This document shows positions 47,706 to 58,313 of a DNA stretch of 64,000 bases, one piece after another. How positions within the stretch are numbered: position 1 is the first letter of the stretch; every line of letters starts with the position of its first letter. The notes under the pieces were generated by a model. That model was not told the origin of the DNA. It saw nothing but the letters and a program-made list of their open reading frames with translations, and did not search any database. The DNA is from Candidatus Woesearchaeota archaeon (GTDB lineage: Archaea > Nanobdellota > Nanobdellia > Woesearchaeales > UBA583): the NCBI GenBank assembly GCA_965205335.1, contig OZ242164.1, forward strand, positions 1,056,001 through 1,120,000, in the 5' to 3' direction. The translations under genes were made by a program, and so were the position numbers.

Positions 47706-48226
47706 TATCCTTTCCTACAACGTATATTTTATTTGCTTTCGCTCTATGTAAAATAACTCTATTAAGACTTTCACCTTCATCTGTGTCCCCTGCAAGTGTA
47801 ATTTCATCGTCATCAGCTTCTAATCTAACTTCACTATACTCAACATCATTAGTTCCTTCATACTATATTCTGTTTGGGATTCCTTCAAACTTTCCTGATA
47901 TTGACTATAAATCTTAGAAATTTCAGACGTTCTATAAAGTGTAAATCTATTTTATTTATATATATTACCAAATCTTCTAGTAATTTTAAATGAATAAGAA
48001 ACACTTTCTCTAATAAACAAAGCCTTAAAATTAATGAGAAATATTTAATTAAGTAGCCGATATGTTACAAGTTAGAAAGACAGTTGAATTTTTTACAAAA
48101 CAAAGTTGAAGAGATTTTATGATTTTTATTCCAAAATCTTTTTAAAGGGGTTTTTGTTTCTTTTTAATAACTAAAGTTTAATATTTTAGTGGGATAAAGG
48201 TTGTTAATGCAATTTTATACCTAAAA

Positions 48227-48655
48227 ATGGCAAGAATGCATGCAAGAAGGAAAGGAAAATCAGGCTCAACAAGACCTGTACAGGTTGATTTGTCAAATAT
48301 GACAGTTAAACCGAAAGAGATTGAATCCATTGTCTTAAAGCTTGCTAAAGATGATGTGAAACCAAGTAAGATTGGGATAGTTCTGAGGGATACTTATGCA
48401 GTTCCCAATGTTAAAGCCGCAACGAAGAAATCAATTTCTCAGATTTTAAATGATGGCGGAATGGGATTGCAAGTTCCCGAAGATTTGAGTGCTTTGATTC
48501 AGAAGGCTCAGAGATTAAATAAGCATTTGGAAAATAACAGCAGAGATACTCATAACCGAAGAGGACTTGCTTTAGTTGAAGCAAAAATCAGAAGGCTTGC
48601 TAAGTATTATGTTAGAACTTCAAAACTTCCAAAGGGGTGGAAATACAAGAATTAA
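48227..48655 (+). CDS. rps15p: 30S ribosomal protein S15 (uS15)
   Basis: MARMHARRKGKSGS.RP, IG..LRD.Y, PEDL, KIRRL.KYY. Confidence 0.97.
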   Translation: MARMHARRKGKSGSTRPVQVDLSNMTVKPKEIESIVLKLAKDDVKPSKIGIVLRDTYAVPNVKAATKKSISQILNDGGMGLQVPEDLSALIQKAQRLNKHLENNSRDTHNRRGLALVEAKIRRLAKYYVRTSKLPKGWKYKN

Positions 48656-48723
48656 AATGGTAAGTTTAGAATATAAAAGTTTAATTAGAGAAGTTTTGAG
48701 ATTTGTGGAGGTGAGTTATTAGA

Positions 48724-49299
48724 ATGGCAAAGATGGTGAAAGTTTCGAAGGTTAAAAAGGTTAAAAGGAAATTTCCAATTGAGATTCTTGCTCCTGAGCA
48801 TTTGAATTCAGTAAGGATTGGAAAGAGCAATGTAACTGACTTGAATGCTATTGTTGGTAAGACTTCAAAAGTTAATATGATGTATGTTACAGGCAATGTT
48901 AAGAATCAGAACGTAAGATTAACTTTTGTTATTGATGAGGTTAATTCCGGACTCGCAAAAACCAAAGTTAAGACATATGAACAAATTCCTTATTACTTGG
49001 GAAGATCTGTTAAGCCGGGTTCTGATTTGGTTGAGGATTCATTTGTCTGCACTTCAAAAGACGGATTGAAAATAAGAATCAAACCATTCATTGTCACAAA
49101 AATGAATACAAGTGCTCTTACAAATTCACTTTTAAGGTCAAAGACAAAAGAGTTAGTTACTAAAGCAGTTGAATCTCGTTCATATGATGATTTTATTTCA
49201 TCAGTGATTGCAGGAGAGGAGCAAAATGCTTTGAGAAATGGTTTAAGAAAGATTTTTCCATTGAAAGCACTTGAGTTTAAAAAAATTAGTCTGGAATGA
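48724..49299 (+). CDS. rps3ae: 30S ribosomal protein S3Ae (eS1)
   Basis: I.AP, SKDG...RIKP, KIFPL...E.KK; follows S15. Confidence 0.88.
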   Translation: MAKMVKVSKVKKVKRKFPIEILAPEHLNSVRIGKSNVTDLNAIVGKTSKVNMMYVTGNVKNQNVRLTFVIDEVNSGLAKTKVKTYEQIPYYLGRSVKPGSDLVEDSFVCTSKDGLKIRIKPFIVTKMNTSALTNSLLRSKTKELVTKAVESRSYDDFISSVIAGEEQNALRNGLRKIFPLKALEFKKISLE

Positions 49300-49333
49300 A
49301 CCAGTTAAAATAATTTAGAGTTTCATGTAAAAA

Positions 49334-49591
49334 ATGAATATAATTGAAAAGGTTGATGATAAGAATGTGCTAAGAATCATAGTTGATTCTAATGAAGAGT
49401 CTTTATTTTCTCTTCTAAAGGTTTATTTAGAGGCTCAGAGTAATGTAGAACTGGTTGGTTCTTACAGGGAACATCATCTTGTGGATAAAGTGGAGTTTTT
49501 CCTGAAAGTTTCAAAAGGAAATGCAGTTGATGTTTTTAAGAAAGCTCTTAAGAGCGTTAAGAAGGATTTAGAATCTAAAAAGGTTAAATAA
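49334..49591 (+). CDS. rpoL: RNA polymerase subunit L (Rpo11)
   Basis: V..VGSY.EH.L; size and context. Confidence 0.8.
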   Translation: MNIIEKVDDKNVLRIIVDSNEESLFSLLKVYLEAQSNVELVGSYREHHLVDKVEFFLKVSKGNAVDVFKKALKSVKKDLESKKVK

Positions 49592-49594
49592 AAA

Positions 49595-50014
49595 ATGGGA
49601 ATAATAGGGTTTAGTTTTACAAAAATCAATTGTGAAAGAAAAAAGGAAGGAGTTAAGGGAAGTATTGAGATTAAACACAATATTTCAATTGTGAATGCTG
49701 AGAAGACCACTTTAAATGTTGGGGGAAATAAAAATGATGTGCTAAAGATTGATTTTAGTTTCAGTGTTTTGTATGGTTCATCTCTTGGGGGAATTGTTAT
49801 TGAGGGCAATGTCGTTTATGCAGACACAAAAGAGATTATAGATGAAACTGTAAAGAAGTACAAAGCAGATAAGAAATTAAATTCAACTGTTAATCAGCAT
49901 GTTTACAAATTTGTATATAGTAAGGCAATTATTAAGGCTTTAGAACTGTCAGATTCATTGAATCTGCCAGCCCCAATTCCAGTAGTTCCCAAGATTAATA
50001 AAAAGTCCAATTAG
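49595..50014 (+). CDS. conserved archaeal hypothetical protein
   Basis: IIGF.F.KI..ER, F...Y...G.I.IEG, LNLP.PIP. Confidence 0.7.
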   Translation: MGIIGFSFTKINCERKKEGVKGSIEIKHNISIVNAEKTTLNVGGNKNDVLKIDFSFSVLYGSSLGGIVIEGNVVYADTKEIIDETVKKYKADKKLNSTVNQHVYKFVYSKAIIKALELSDSLNLPAPIPVVPKINKKSN

Positions 50015-50094
50015 AGCGACTTTTTTTGGGTTTAGTAAAAAGTTTTATAAAGCATTTGGAATTTTTTTAAGTATTAAATTTGCTTGTGTGTTTG

Positions 50095-50243
50095 CCCAAC
50101 ATAGCTCAACGGTAGAGCGGTCGGCTGTAGAATCAGATTGACAGGTCATGATGACTAATTGGATGAAATTTTGACAGCCTCCTCTTTGTGTTGTATTAGA
50201 TGTAGAAACCGACAGGTTCCCGGTTCAAATCCGGGTGTTGGGA
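50095..50243 (+). tRNA. tRNA-Tyr(GTA) with 77-nt intron at 37/38 (50131-50207)
   Basis: CCCAACA/TGTTGGG acceptor (C1-G72), GTCGG-CT GTA G|intron|A-CCGAC; BHB formed by CTGT:GTAG helix and ATC:GAT. Confidence 0.92.
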
Positions 50244-50278
50244 CTTAGGGTGTGTCCTAAAGGTAATGCAAATTTATT

Positions 50279-50353
50279 GCCCAAGTAGTGTAGTTCGGCC
50301 TATCATGACGCCCTGTCGAGGCGTCGACCCGGGTTCAAATCCCGGCTTGGGCG
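50279..50353 (+). tRNA. tRNA-Asp(GTC)
   Basis: GCCCAAG/CTTGGGC, ACGCC-CT GTC GA-GGCGT. Confidence 0.95.
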
Positions 50354-50444
50354 CTGAAAAGATTTGAGCATCAGTCCAAGTGGGCTGTTATGTCATAGCA
50401 AGGATTTTCACAATCCTTCAGATAAAATCACATAAACGTGTTTT

Positions 50445-50518
50445 GAGCTGTTAGCTCAGTCTGGTAGAGCACTGGACTTTTAATCCAGGTGTCGCGGGTT
50501 CGAATCCCGTACAGCTCG
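50445..50518 (+). tRNA. tRNA-Lys(TTT)
   Basis: GAGCTGT/ACAGCTC, CTGGA-CT TTT AA-TCCAG. Confidence 0.95.
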
Positions 50519-50575
50519 TTGCTTTTGAATCTGGTATGGTTCAGAAGAAAATCAATCCAATTAACTAATTAACAA

Positions 50576-50803
50576 ATGAGTAATCAAAGAAACTTTCTAA
50601 TACCTAAGCACAGAAAACTTGCAGAAGATGATGCAAATCAAATTCTGAAAAAATATAATATTGATTCCAAGTCAAAACTTCCCTCAATCAAGATTAAGGA
50701 TTTTGCTATTTCTGAACTTGATGTTTCTGTGGGGGATGTGATTGAGATTTCAAGGGAATCTTTTGCTGGAAAAAGCAAATATTACAGGGTGGTAGTTGAG
50801 TAA
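50576..50803 (+). CDS. rpoH: RNA polymerase subunit H (Rpo5)
   Basis: LIPKH, LP.I...D, GDVIEI.R.S..AG...YYRVV. Confidence 0.95.
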   Translation: MSNQRNFLIPKHRKLAEDDANQILKKYNIDSKSKLPSIKIKDFAISELDVSVGDVIEISRESFAGKSKYYRVVVE

Positions 50804-52283
50804 GATGGTAAATTATGATTATAAAGAAGTTTTAAAGGCGTATTTTAAAGATAGGAAAGTGGTTGAGAGTCAAATTCAATCTTACAACTACTTTATTGAA
50901 GAGGGGATAAAGAATATTATATTAAATTTTGATAGAAAAAATATTCCTGAGTACTTGCTTGAAACATATGATGAAGTGAATTTATCAATTAATAATGTCT
51001 GGTTGGAAGAACCTGTCCATATTGAAGTGGATGGTTCAATTACTAAATTAACACCTAATACGGCAAGATTAAGGGGTTTAACTTATAGTTCTCCTCTTTA
51101 TATGAAAGTTACAACTCTTATAGGAACTCAAAAGGATAAGTTTGATGTTCAGATTGCTAAGATGCCTATTATGCTTAAGTCAAGTAAGTGCATATTAAAG
51201 GATAAGACGGAAGATGAGTTGATAGAGTTAGGAGAGGATCCTTATGAACCAGGAGGATATTTTATTGTTAATGGAACTGAGAAAGTTGTTGTTCTGATGG
51301 AGGATTTGGCTTTAAATAAATTTTTTATTGAGAAAAATTCAAATGAATTTTTTGGCAGAATGTTCTCAGAGAGAGGAGTTTATAAATCACTTCAAGAGAT
51401 TAGAAAGAACAAGGATGGATCTTATACTTATACTTTTGGCAATTTTAGGAATATTCCCATTTTTTTGTTGATTAAGACTTTGGGAATCACTTCTGATAAG
51501 GATATTGTTGCTTTGACAGGTTTGACAGATTCAGATATTATTTTCCAGATGTCAGAATATAGTGGGATCTCAAATACTGAGGAGGCAACTGAATTGTTAA
51601 GCAGAAAGTTTAATCTTATTGGTTCTACTAAAGAGAAGGAAGATAGAGTGTCATTTTATATAAATAATTTTGTTCTTCCACATGTTGGTATTTCCAATGA
51701 ATCAAGAATTACCAAAGCCCAATTAATTTGCAAACTTTTAAAGAAGTATTATGGTGTTTCAAATGGTATTGGTTGTGTTGATGACAAGGATCATTATTCA
51801 AATAAGAGAATTAGATTGGTTGGGCAGTTGTTTGAACATTTGTTTGTTAATAATTTTAATGAGTTAATAGTTGATATTTTAACTAATTTTCAGAGAATGA
51901 TTAAAAGGAGAAGGTTTTCATCAATGAAGATCATAATCAGAGAGCAGTTATTGACGCAGAAGATTAATTCCGCTCTTGCATTGGGAACGTGGTCAGATGG
52001 CAGGAAGGGTATTTCACAATATTTAAAGAGAAATAATTATTTTGATATGCTTTCGCATTTGACAAGAGTGGTTTCTCCACTAAGTACTTCACAGGAGAAT
52101 TTTTCAGCAAGGGAGTTGCATCCAACTCATTTTGGAAGGTTGTGTCCAGTAGAGACTCCTGAGGGGCATTCAATAGGGCTAAGGAAGAATTTAACGCTCA
52201 TGGCATCAGTTACGTATAGGTATCCTGACTTGAGTGAGGAAATGTTTAAAGAACTTGAAAAGTTGGGGCTTGAGAGGTGTTAA
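50796..52283 (+). CDS. rpoB2: RNA polymerase subunit B'' (Rpo2N)
   Basis: ARLRGLTYS.P, GGYFIVNGTEKV, DDKDHY.NKR, CPVETPEG..IGL.KNL. Confidence 0.96.
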   Translation: MSKMVNYDYKEVLKAYFKDRKVVESQIQSYNYFIEEGIKNIILNFDRKNIPEYLLETYDEVNLSINNVWLEEPVHIEVDGSITKLTPNTARLRGLTYSSPLYMKVTTLIGTQKDKFDVQIAKMPIMLKSSKCILKDKTEDELIELGEDPYEPGGYFIVNGTEKVVVLMEDLALNKFFIEKNSNEFFGRMFSERGVYKSLQEIRKNKDGSYTYTFGNFRNIPIFLLIKTLGITSDKDIVALTGLTDSDIIFQMSEYSGISNTEEATELLSRKFNLIGSTKEKEDRVSFYINNFVLPHVGISNESRITKAQLICKLLKKYYGVSNGIGCVDDKDHYSNKRIRLVGQLFEHLFVNNFNELIVDILTNFQRMIKRRRFSSMKIIIREQLLTQKINSALALGTWSDGRKGISQYLKRNNYFDMLSHLTRVVSPLSTSQENFSARELHPTHFGRLCPVETPEGHSIGLRKNLTLMASVTYRYPDLSEEMFKELEKLGLERC

Positions 52284-52284
52284 A

Positions 52285-54096
52285 ATGAGAGTAGATGTGT
52301 TTTTAAATGAAGTATTTATTGGAACTTGTCTGGATGGGGCAAAATATACTCAAGCTTTTAGAAAGGCAAGAAGGGCAGGTAAGATAGATGACTGCCTGAA
52401 TATAAGATTTAATAAGGATTCAAGGATTATAAATATTGAAGGTTCACCTGGAAGAGTTGTAAGACCACTTGTGATTTGTGAAAATGGAAAGTCTAAATTA
52501 ACACAAGACGTTTTAAAGAAACTTAATATTGGTGAGTATGGATACAATGATTTGCTTTCTAAAGGAGTTATTGAATATCTTGATTCTTTAGAGGAAGAGG
52601 ATGTTTATTGCGCAATGAGTCCAGAGGAGATAACATTAGAACATACTCATCATGAACTCTCACCTATTCTTATGTTTGGATTAAATACAGGAACTGTGCC
52701 TTTTTCAAATTATGATGAACCGAGCCGTCTGATGCGTGGACAGAAAACAGTAAAACAAGCAGTGGGATTGTATGCTTTGAATTACAGATATAGAAAAGAG
52801 ACAGACAGAAATTTGTTAGTTAATCCCCAGAAACCATTAGTTGAGACTTTTGTTTATGATTTACTTGAATTTGATAAACATCCTGCAGGACAGAATTTAA
52901 CAATTGCAATTATGAGTTATGAAGGTTATAATATGGAGGATGGTATTATTTTAAATCAATCTTCTATTGAGAGAGGTATGCAGCGCACATTTTATTATAA
53001 ACTTTATTCAACTTCTGAGATTAAGTACCCGGGTGGTTTGACTGACAATATTGGAATTCCAAATAAGGATATTAAGGGCTATCGGATGGAGAGTGATTAT
53101 AGGTATCTTGAAGATGATGGAATTGTTTATGTAGGACAGCGGATTGAAACTTCTGATGTAATTATCGGTAAGATTTCACCTCCAAGGTTTATAGAGGAGA
53201 TAGAAGGTTTTGGGCAGATGATTAATTTGAATATTGATTCTTCTCTTGCTTTAATGGAAGAGGAGAAAGGAGTTGTCTCAAATGTGTTTGTTGTTGAGAA
53301 TCAGGGTGGAGATAAAGAGATTAATGTACTGTTAAGAGATCAGAGAGAACCAGTTGTAGGGGATAAATTTGCATCAAGGCATGGACAGAAAGGTGTTGTA
53401 GGAGGAGTTATGAAGCAATCAGATATTCCTTTTAGTGAAAATGGTATTGTTCCTGATTTGATTTTCTCACCACATTCTATTCCCGGGCGTAAGACAGTGT
53501 CTCATGTTATAGAGGTTTTAGCAGGAAAGGTTGCATCTCTTAGAGGTGATTTTGTTGATGCTAATCCTTTTGATGGAACTTCTGAGGATGATTTGAGAAA
53601 ACAGTTAAAGAATATGGGTTTTAGTCCAACAGGAAATGAAGTTATGTATGATCCAAAAACAGGTAAGAAGATGGAAGCAGAAATTTATATTGGTTCAATT
53701 TATTATCTAAGGTTATCTCATCAGGTTGTAAATAAACTTCAAGCAAGAGGAACTGGCCCTGTTCAACTTTTAACAAGACAGCCCGCAGAAGGAAGAATTA
53801 GAGGGGGAGGGCTTAAGTTAGGAGAGATGGAAAAGGATGCATTGATTTCTCATGGTTCTTCACTTCTTTTAAAGGAGAGATTTTCTGCGGACCAAACGAG
53901 AGGACTTGTGTGCACAAGTTGTGGGCATTTAGCTGATCCTTATCTATTCAATTATAAAAGCAAATGTCCTATTTGTGGTGGCAGTAAGTTTGAGGAAGTT
54001 GAGCTTGCGTATGCATTCAAGTTATTAATGAATGAGTTCAAATCGCTTGGGATTAATCCAACTTTTGGAACTAAGGATAGGTTTTTTGAGGAATAA
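52285..54096 (+). CDS. rpoB1: RNA polymerase subunit B' (Rpo2C)
   Basis: GYNMED, GDKFASRHGQKG, LTRQPAEGR..GGLKLGEME; ATG 52285 after GAGGTG. Confidence 0.97.
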   Translation: MRVDVFLNEVFIGTCLDGAKYTQAFRKARRAGKIDDCLNIRFNKDSRIINIEGSPGRVVRPLVICENGKSKLTQDVLKKLNIGEYGYNDLLSKGVIEYLDSLEEEDVYCAMSPEEITLEHTHHELSPILMFGLNTGTVPFSNYDEPSRLMRGQKTVKQAVGLYALNYRYRKETDRNLLVNPQKPLVETFVYDLLEFDKHPAGQNLTIAIMSYEGYNMEDGIILNQSSIERGMQRTFYYKLYSTSEIKYPGGLTDNIGIPNKDIKGYRMESDYRYLEDDGIVYVGQRIETSDVIIGKISPPRFIEEIEGFGQMINLNIDSSLALMEEEKGVVSNVFVVENQGGDKEINVLLRDQREPVVGDKFASRHGQKGVVGGVMKQSDIPFSENGIVPDLIFSPHSIPGRKTVSHVIEVLAGKVASLRGDFVDANPFDGTSEDDLRKQLKNMGFSPTGNEVMYDPKTGKKMEAEIYIGSIYYLRLSHQVVNKLQARGTGPVQLLTRQPAEGRIRGGGLKLGEMEKDALISHGSSLLLKERFSADQTRGLVCTSCGHLADPYLFNYKSKCPICGGSKFEEVELAYAFKLLMNEFKSLGINPTFGTKDRFFEE

Positions 54097-54099
54097 AAA

Positions 54100-56673
54100 A
54101 TGGCAAATATAACAAAAAGAATTAACAAAATCAGATATACTATATTTTCACCAAAAGAAATTATTAAGCAAAGTGTTGTAAAGGTAATTACTCCTGAAAT
54201 TTATGATAAGTATGGTTTTCCTGTTGAAGGAGGATTAATGGATTTGAGAATGGGAGTTATTGAACCAGGATTATCGTGTAAGACTTGCGGGCAGTCATAT
54301 AAGAATTGTGAAGGGCATTTTGGATATTTAGAACTTGCAAGACCAATTTTAAATATTAGTTTTATTGATGATATTTTTATGATTGTAAGGTGCACTTGTC
54401 AGGAATGTTCAAGAATTTTAGTTGTAGAGGATAAGATTGTAGAATTAACGAAAGAGCATGAGAAAGCAAGAGCCCAAATGACTACTGAGAAGTTTTTGAA
54501 ATTTAAAAATAAGTTTCTGCTTGCTTTGTCAAAGATTAAGACATGTCCTCATTGTGAAACTAAACAGGAAGAAATTAAATTGGATAAGTCATCAGTGTTT
54601 ATATTTACACAAGGGAATAAGAAAAGGTTATTAACAACAGAGATTAGATTTAGGTTTGAAAATATTCCTGATTCTGATTTGCCTTTGTTAAAGGTTTATG
54701 ATATTAGGCCTGAGTGGTTATTATTAACTATTTTGCCAATTCCTCCAGTTTCTATGAGATCAACTATTACATTGCAGTCCGGTCAGAGATCAGAAGATGA
54801 TCTTACGCATAAATTAACTGATGTTATTAGAACAAATCAAAGGTTGCATGAACATCTTTTAGTTGGTGTGCCTGAAGCAATTATTGAGGATGTGTGGGAT
54901 TTGCTTCAATATCATATTTCAACTTACATGAATAATACAATCCCAGGGCTTCCTCCTGCAAGGCATAGAAATGGAGATCCTTTAAAGTCAATTGCTGAGA
55001 GAGTTAAGGGTAAAAAGGGTCTTATTCGTAATAATTTAATAGGGAAGAGAGTAAATTATTCTGCTCGTACTGTTATTTCCCCAGACCCAAGATTAAAGTT
55101 AAATCAGGTTGGAGTTCCATTTGAGGTTGCAAAGAAGTTAACTGTTCCAGAGGTTGTAACAGAAGATAATATTGATTATTTAAAAGAACTTGTTAGAAAT
55201 GGACCTATGAATTATCCTGGGGCAAATTATATAAAGACTAAGTCAGGAGCCAAGAAAACTATTGTTTCAGAGGTTCTTGATGTTCTGCTTGATGAGATTG
55301 AGCCAGGGTATGTTGTTGAGAGGCATTTGCTTGATGGAGATTCAGTTGTTTTTAACAGGCAACCATCTTTGCATAAACTTTCAATGATGGGACATATTGT
55401 AAGAGTTCTTCCAATTAAGACTTTTGCAATTAATCCTGGTGTATGTAAGCCTTATAATGCAGATTTTGATGGGGATGAGATGAATCTTCATATGCCCCAG
55501 ACTCTTGAGGCAAGGCAGGAAGTGGAAAGGTTAATGGATGTAAAGCATCAGTTGATTTCTCCAGCAAGTGGGGATGCTGTTATTGGCTGCGTTCAGGATT
55601 CAATTACTGGTTTGTATATTCTAACTAATGAAATGATTTTAGATAGAGAGGAAGCATTAGAACTTATTTTTTCAATTGGTTTTAAAGATTTGAACAGGAT
55701 TGATTTTGGCAAGAAGGTGAAGGGTAGTGAAATTTTCTCAGTAATTCTGCCTGAGGACTTAAATTTCATAGGAGAGAGTAAATCAGGTGATGTTCTAATT
55801 AAAAATGGAAAATTAATAAAGGGAGTTATTGATAAGAAAACTATAGGAGATGGAGGAGGTACTTTATTGAGACATATTCATAAAAATTATGGTTCTGATT
55901 TGGTGTTAGATACGGTTTCATTTATGTTTAATTTGGGAATTCAAACATTGAAGAAGCAAGGGTTTACAATTTCAATGAGGGATTTTGATATTCCAAAGGA
56001 AATTGAAAAGGAAGTAAGTAAAATTAATAGCAAAGCATATATGGAGATTGATAAGGTCATTGAGGAGTATAAGAAAGGAAAGTTTGAGAGAGTAGCAGGA
56101 CTTTCAACAGAGAGTTCGTTTGAAATTAAGATTCTTTCACTTTTAAATGAGATTCGGGATGATAGTATGAAGATTGTTCAGACGAAACTTGACAAGTCAA
56201 CAGGGACCATGCTTATGGCAGATTCTGGGGCCATGGGTAAGGTTTTATCAATTGTTCAGATGCACGCTGGTGTTGGACAGCAATCACTTAGAGGACAGAG
56301 GCTAACAAGAGGGTTTACAGATAGAACTTTGTCATGTTTTAAAAAAGGGGATTTGAGTCCTCAAGCAAGAGGATATATTAAGTCTTCACTAAGAAAAGGA
56401 CTAAAACCACATGAAGTTTTCTTTGGTTGTATTACGGGGCGTGACGGATTGATGGATACTGCCCTTAGAACTCCCAAGACAGGATATTTGTACAGGCGTA
56501 TGGCAACGGCAATGCTTGATTTTGTAGTTAATTCTGATCTTTCCGTGAGAAATGAGAGTGGACATATTGTGCAGTTTAAATATGGTGATGATGGTATTGA
56601 TGTAGCAAAGACAGTTAGTGGGGATTTTGACGTAAAGTCAATTGTTGAGAATACTTTACGAGATAAGATTTAA
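54100..56673 (+). CDS. rpoA1: RNA polymerase subunit A' (Rpo1N)
   Basis: C.GHFG, GKRVNYSAR.VI, NRQPSLH, YNADFDGDEMN. Confidence 0.98.
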   Translation: MANITKRINKIRYTIFSPKEIIKQSVVKVITPEIYDKYGFPVEGGLMDLRMGVIEPGLSCKTCGQSYKNCEGHFGYLELARPILNISFIDDIFMIVRCTCQECSRILVVEDKIVELTKEHEKARAQMTTEKFLKFKNKFLLALSKIKTCPHCETKQEEIKLDKSSVFIFTQGNKKRLLTTEIRFRFENIPDSDLPLLKVYDIRPEWLLLTILPIPPVSMRSTITLQSGQRSEDDLTHKLTDVIRTNQRLHEHLLVGVPEAIIEDVWDLLQYHISTYMNNTIPGLPPARHRNGDPLKSIAERVKGKKGLIRNNLIGKRVNYSARTVISPDPRLKLNQVGVPFEVAKKLTVPEVVTEDNIDYLKELVRNGPMNYPGANYIKTKSGAKKTIVSEVLDVLLDEIEPGYVVERHLLDGDSVVFNRQPSLHKLSMMGHIVRVLPIKTFAINPGVCKPYNADFDGDEMNLHMPQTLEARQEVERLMDVKHQLISPASGDAVIGCVQDSITGLYILTNEMILDREEALELIFSIGFKDLNRIDFGKKVKGSEIFSVILPEDLNFIGESKSGDVLIKNGKLIKGVIDKKTIGDGGGTLLRHIHKNYGSDLVLDTVSFMFNLGIQTLKKQGFTISMRDFDIPKEIEKEVSKINSKAYMEIDKVIEEYKKGKFERVAGLSTESSFEIKILSLLNEIRDDSMKIVQTKLDKSTGTMLMADSGAMGKVLSIVQMHAGVGQQSLRGQRLTRGFTDRTLSCFKKGDLSPQARGYIKSSLRKGLKPHEVFFGCITGRDGLMDTALRTPKTGYLYRRMATAMLDFVVNSDLSVRNESGHIVQFKYGDDGIDVAKTVSGDFDVKSIVENTLRDKI

Positions 56674-56674
56674 A

Positions 56675-57817
56675 ATGGCTGAGAATAAATTAGTTACAAG
56701 TTTTAGGAAGGAGAATCCAGAGTTTCCTTCATACATTTTAGATAATTTAAGTAAGTACTTGCCAGAGAAAGTAACAAATGAGCAAGTTAAGAGGATTTTA
56801 GAGAATGTTGCATCAGAGTATAGAGATTCACTGATTACTCCTAATGAAGCAATTGGAGTAATTACTGCCCAATCCGTAGGAGAACCTTCAACACAGATGA
56901 CTTTGAATACATTTCACTTCGCAGGTGTTGCAACCCAGTCAGTTGAAGGACTTCCACGCTTGATTGAGATTTTAGATGTTAAGAAGAATTTGGAGCAACC
57001 TGTTATGAGAATTCATTTAAAGCCTGAGTTTGCAAGTGAGGAAAAGTTGAAGTTTGTTGCAAGTAAGATTAAGGAAACCAAACTTCTTGAGTTTTCAAAT
57101 AATATTGATATTAATACAGATGAGAAAATTATTAAGATAGATTTGAATTTAAAGCAGTTCAGGAAGTATAAAATAGAACCAGAATCAATTCTTTCGTATT
57201 TGGATAAAAAGATTAGAAATAATGGCCAGATTGTTGATGATAAGATCTTGGTTATTAAAGATAATGCAAATGTAGGTTTAAAGGATTTGATGAGTATTAA
57301 GGCACTTGCTATGAGTTCAATTGTGTATGGAATTAAGGGAATTTCAGATGTTTCTATTATTAAGGAAAATGATGAGTATATGATTTTAACAAGAGGAATT
57401 TCTTTAAAGCAGGTTATGAAGTTAGATGAGATTGATCCTTTTCGGATTTCATGTAATGATATTTTCGAAACTTGTGATAGCTTTGGAATTGAAGCTACGA
57501 GGAATTTGATTATTAATGAAATTATGGAAGTGGTTAAGGCTCAGGGGCTTTCAATTAATGAGAGACATGTTTTGTTAATTGCAGATATTATGACTTATAC
57601 AGGAGAACCAAGAGGAATGACAAGGTATGGTATTGTTGCAGATAAAACAAATGTTTTAACTAAGGCATCTTTTGAAACGGCTTTAAAGCATGTTTCCAAA
57701 GGAGCTATTTTGCATGAGGAAAATTTGTTAAATTCAATTACAGAAAATGTTATGACAAATCAAATGATTCATATCGGAACAGGAGTTCCGAAAATTGCAG
57801 TTAGGAAGTCAAAGTAA
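56675..57817 (+). CDS. rpoA2: RNA polymerase subunit A'' (Rpo1C)
   Basis: AQSVGEP.TQMTLNTFHFAGV, GLPRL.EI, RH..LIAD.MT, ASFET. Confidence 0.97.
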   Translation: MAENKLVTSFRKENPEFPSYILDNLSKYLPEKVTNEQVKRILENVASEYRDSLITPNEAIGVITAQSVGEPSTQMTLNTFHFAGVATQSVEGLPRLIEILDVKKNLEQPVMRIHLKPEFASEEKLKFVASKIKETKLLEFSNNIDINTDEKIIKIDLNLKQFRKYKIEPESILSYLDKKIRNNGQIVDDKILVIKDNANVGLKDLMSIKALAMSSIVYGIKGISDVSIIKENDEYMILTRGISLKQVMKLDEIDPFRISCNDIFETCDSFGIEATRNLIINEIMEVVKAQGLSINERHVLLIADIMTYTGEPRGMTRYGIVADKTNVLTKASFETALKHVSKGAILHEENLLNSITENVMTNQMIHIGTGVPKIAVRKSK

Positions 57818-57827
57818 TTAAATGAAA

Positions 57828-58190
57828 CTAATATACTCTTCTTGCAAAATGCCCTATTCCTAATCCTAAAAAGAGAAATATTACAGAGAGTATTGGTAGT
57901 GTTAGAATTAGTAATCCACCAATAAAGGCGCAAGCCACTGCAACTAAACCTAATTTTCCTCCACGGCGGTAAATTAGACACATAAATATAAGAAATAAGA
58001 TAATTGGAAGAACCTGCAGTAAGATGATGTGTCCTATGTTTATTCCAAAGTTGTTTAGGATATTAGTAAGAGCATTAAGAATCTCTTCGGTAGGATTGAT
58101 TCCAACAGTTAACCATATTCCCGATAAGAAACCAAACCCGATTATTAGTTCTCTTAGACTCATTCCTCTTGATTTAAATCTTCTATACAT
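57828..58190 (-). CDS. small membrane protein
   Basis: About four hydrophobic Gly-rich segments. Confidence 0.65.
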   Translation of the reverse strand: MYRRFKSRGMSLRELIIGFGFLSGIWLTVGINPTEEILNALTNILNNFGINIGHIILLQVLPIILFLIFMCLIYRRGGKLGLVAVACAFIGGLLILTLPILSVIFLFLGLGIGHFARRVY

Positions 58191-58313
58191 AGGATAAATG
58201 CATATTATTCTATTTATAAAAATTATCTTGTTTTTGATAGTGATATTATAATATTTTTGTAACCTTTTTTTCTTAAAGATAATCTTTATAAAAGGTAAGT
58301 TTTAGTTCTATGT

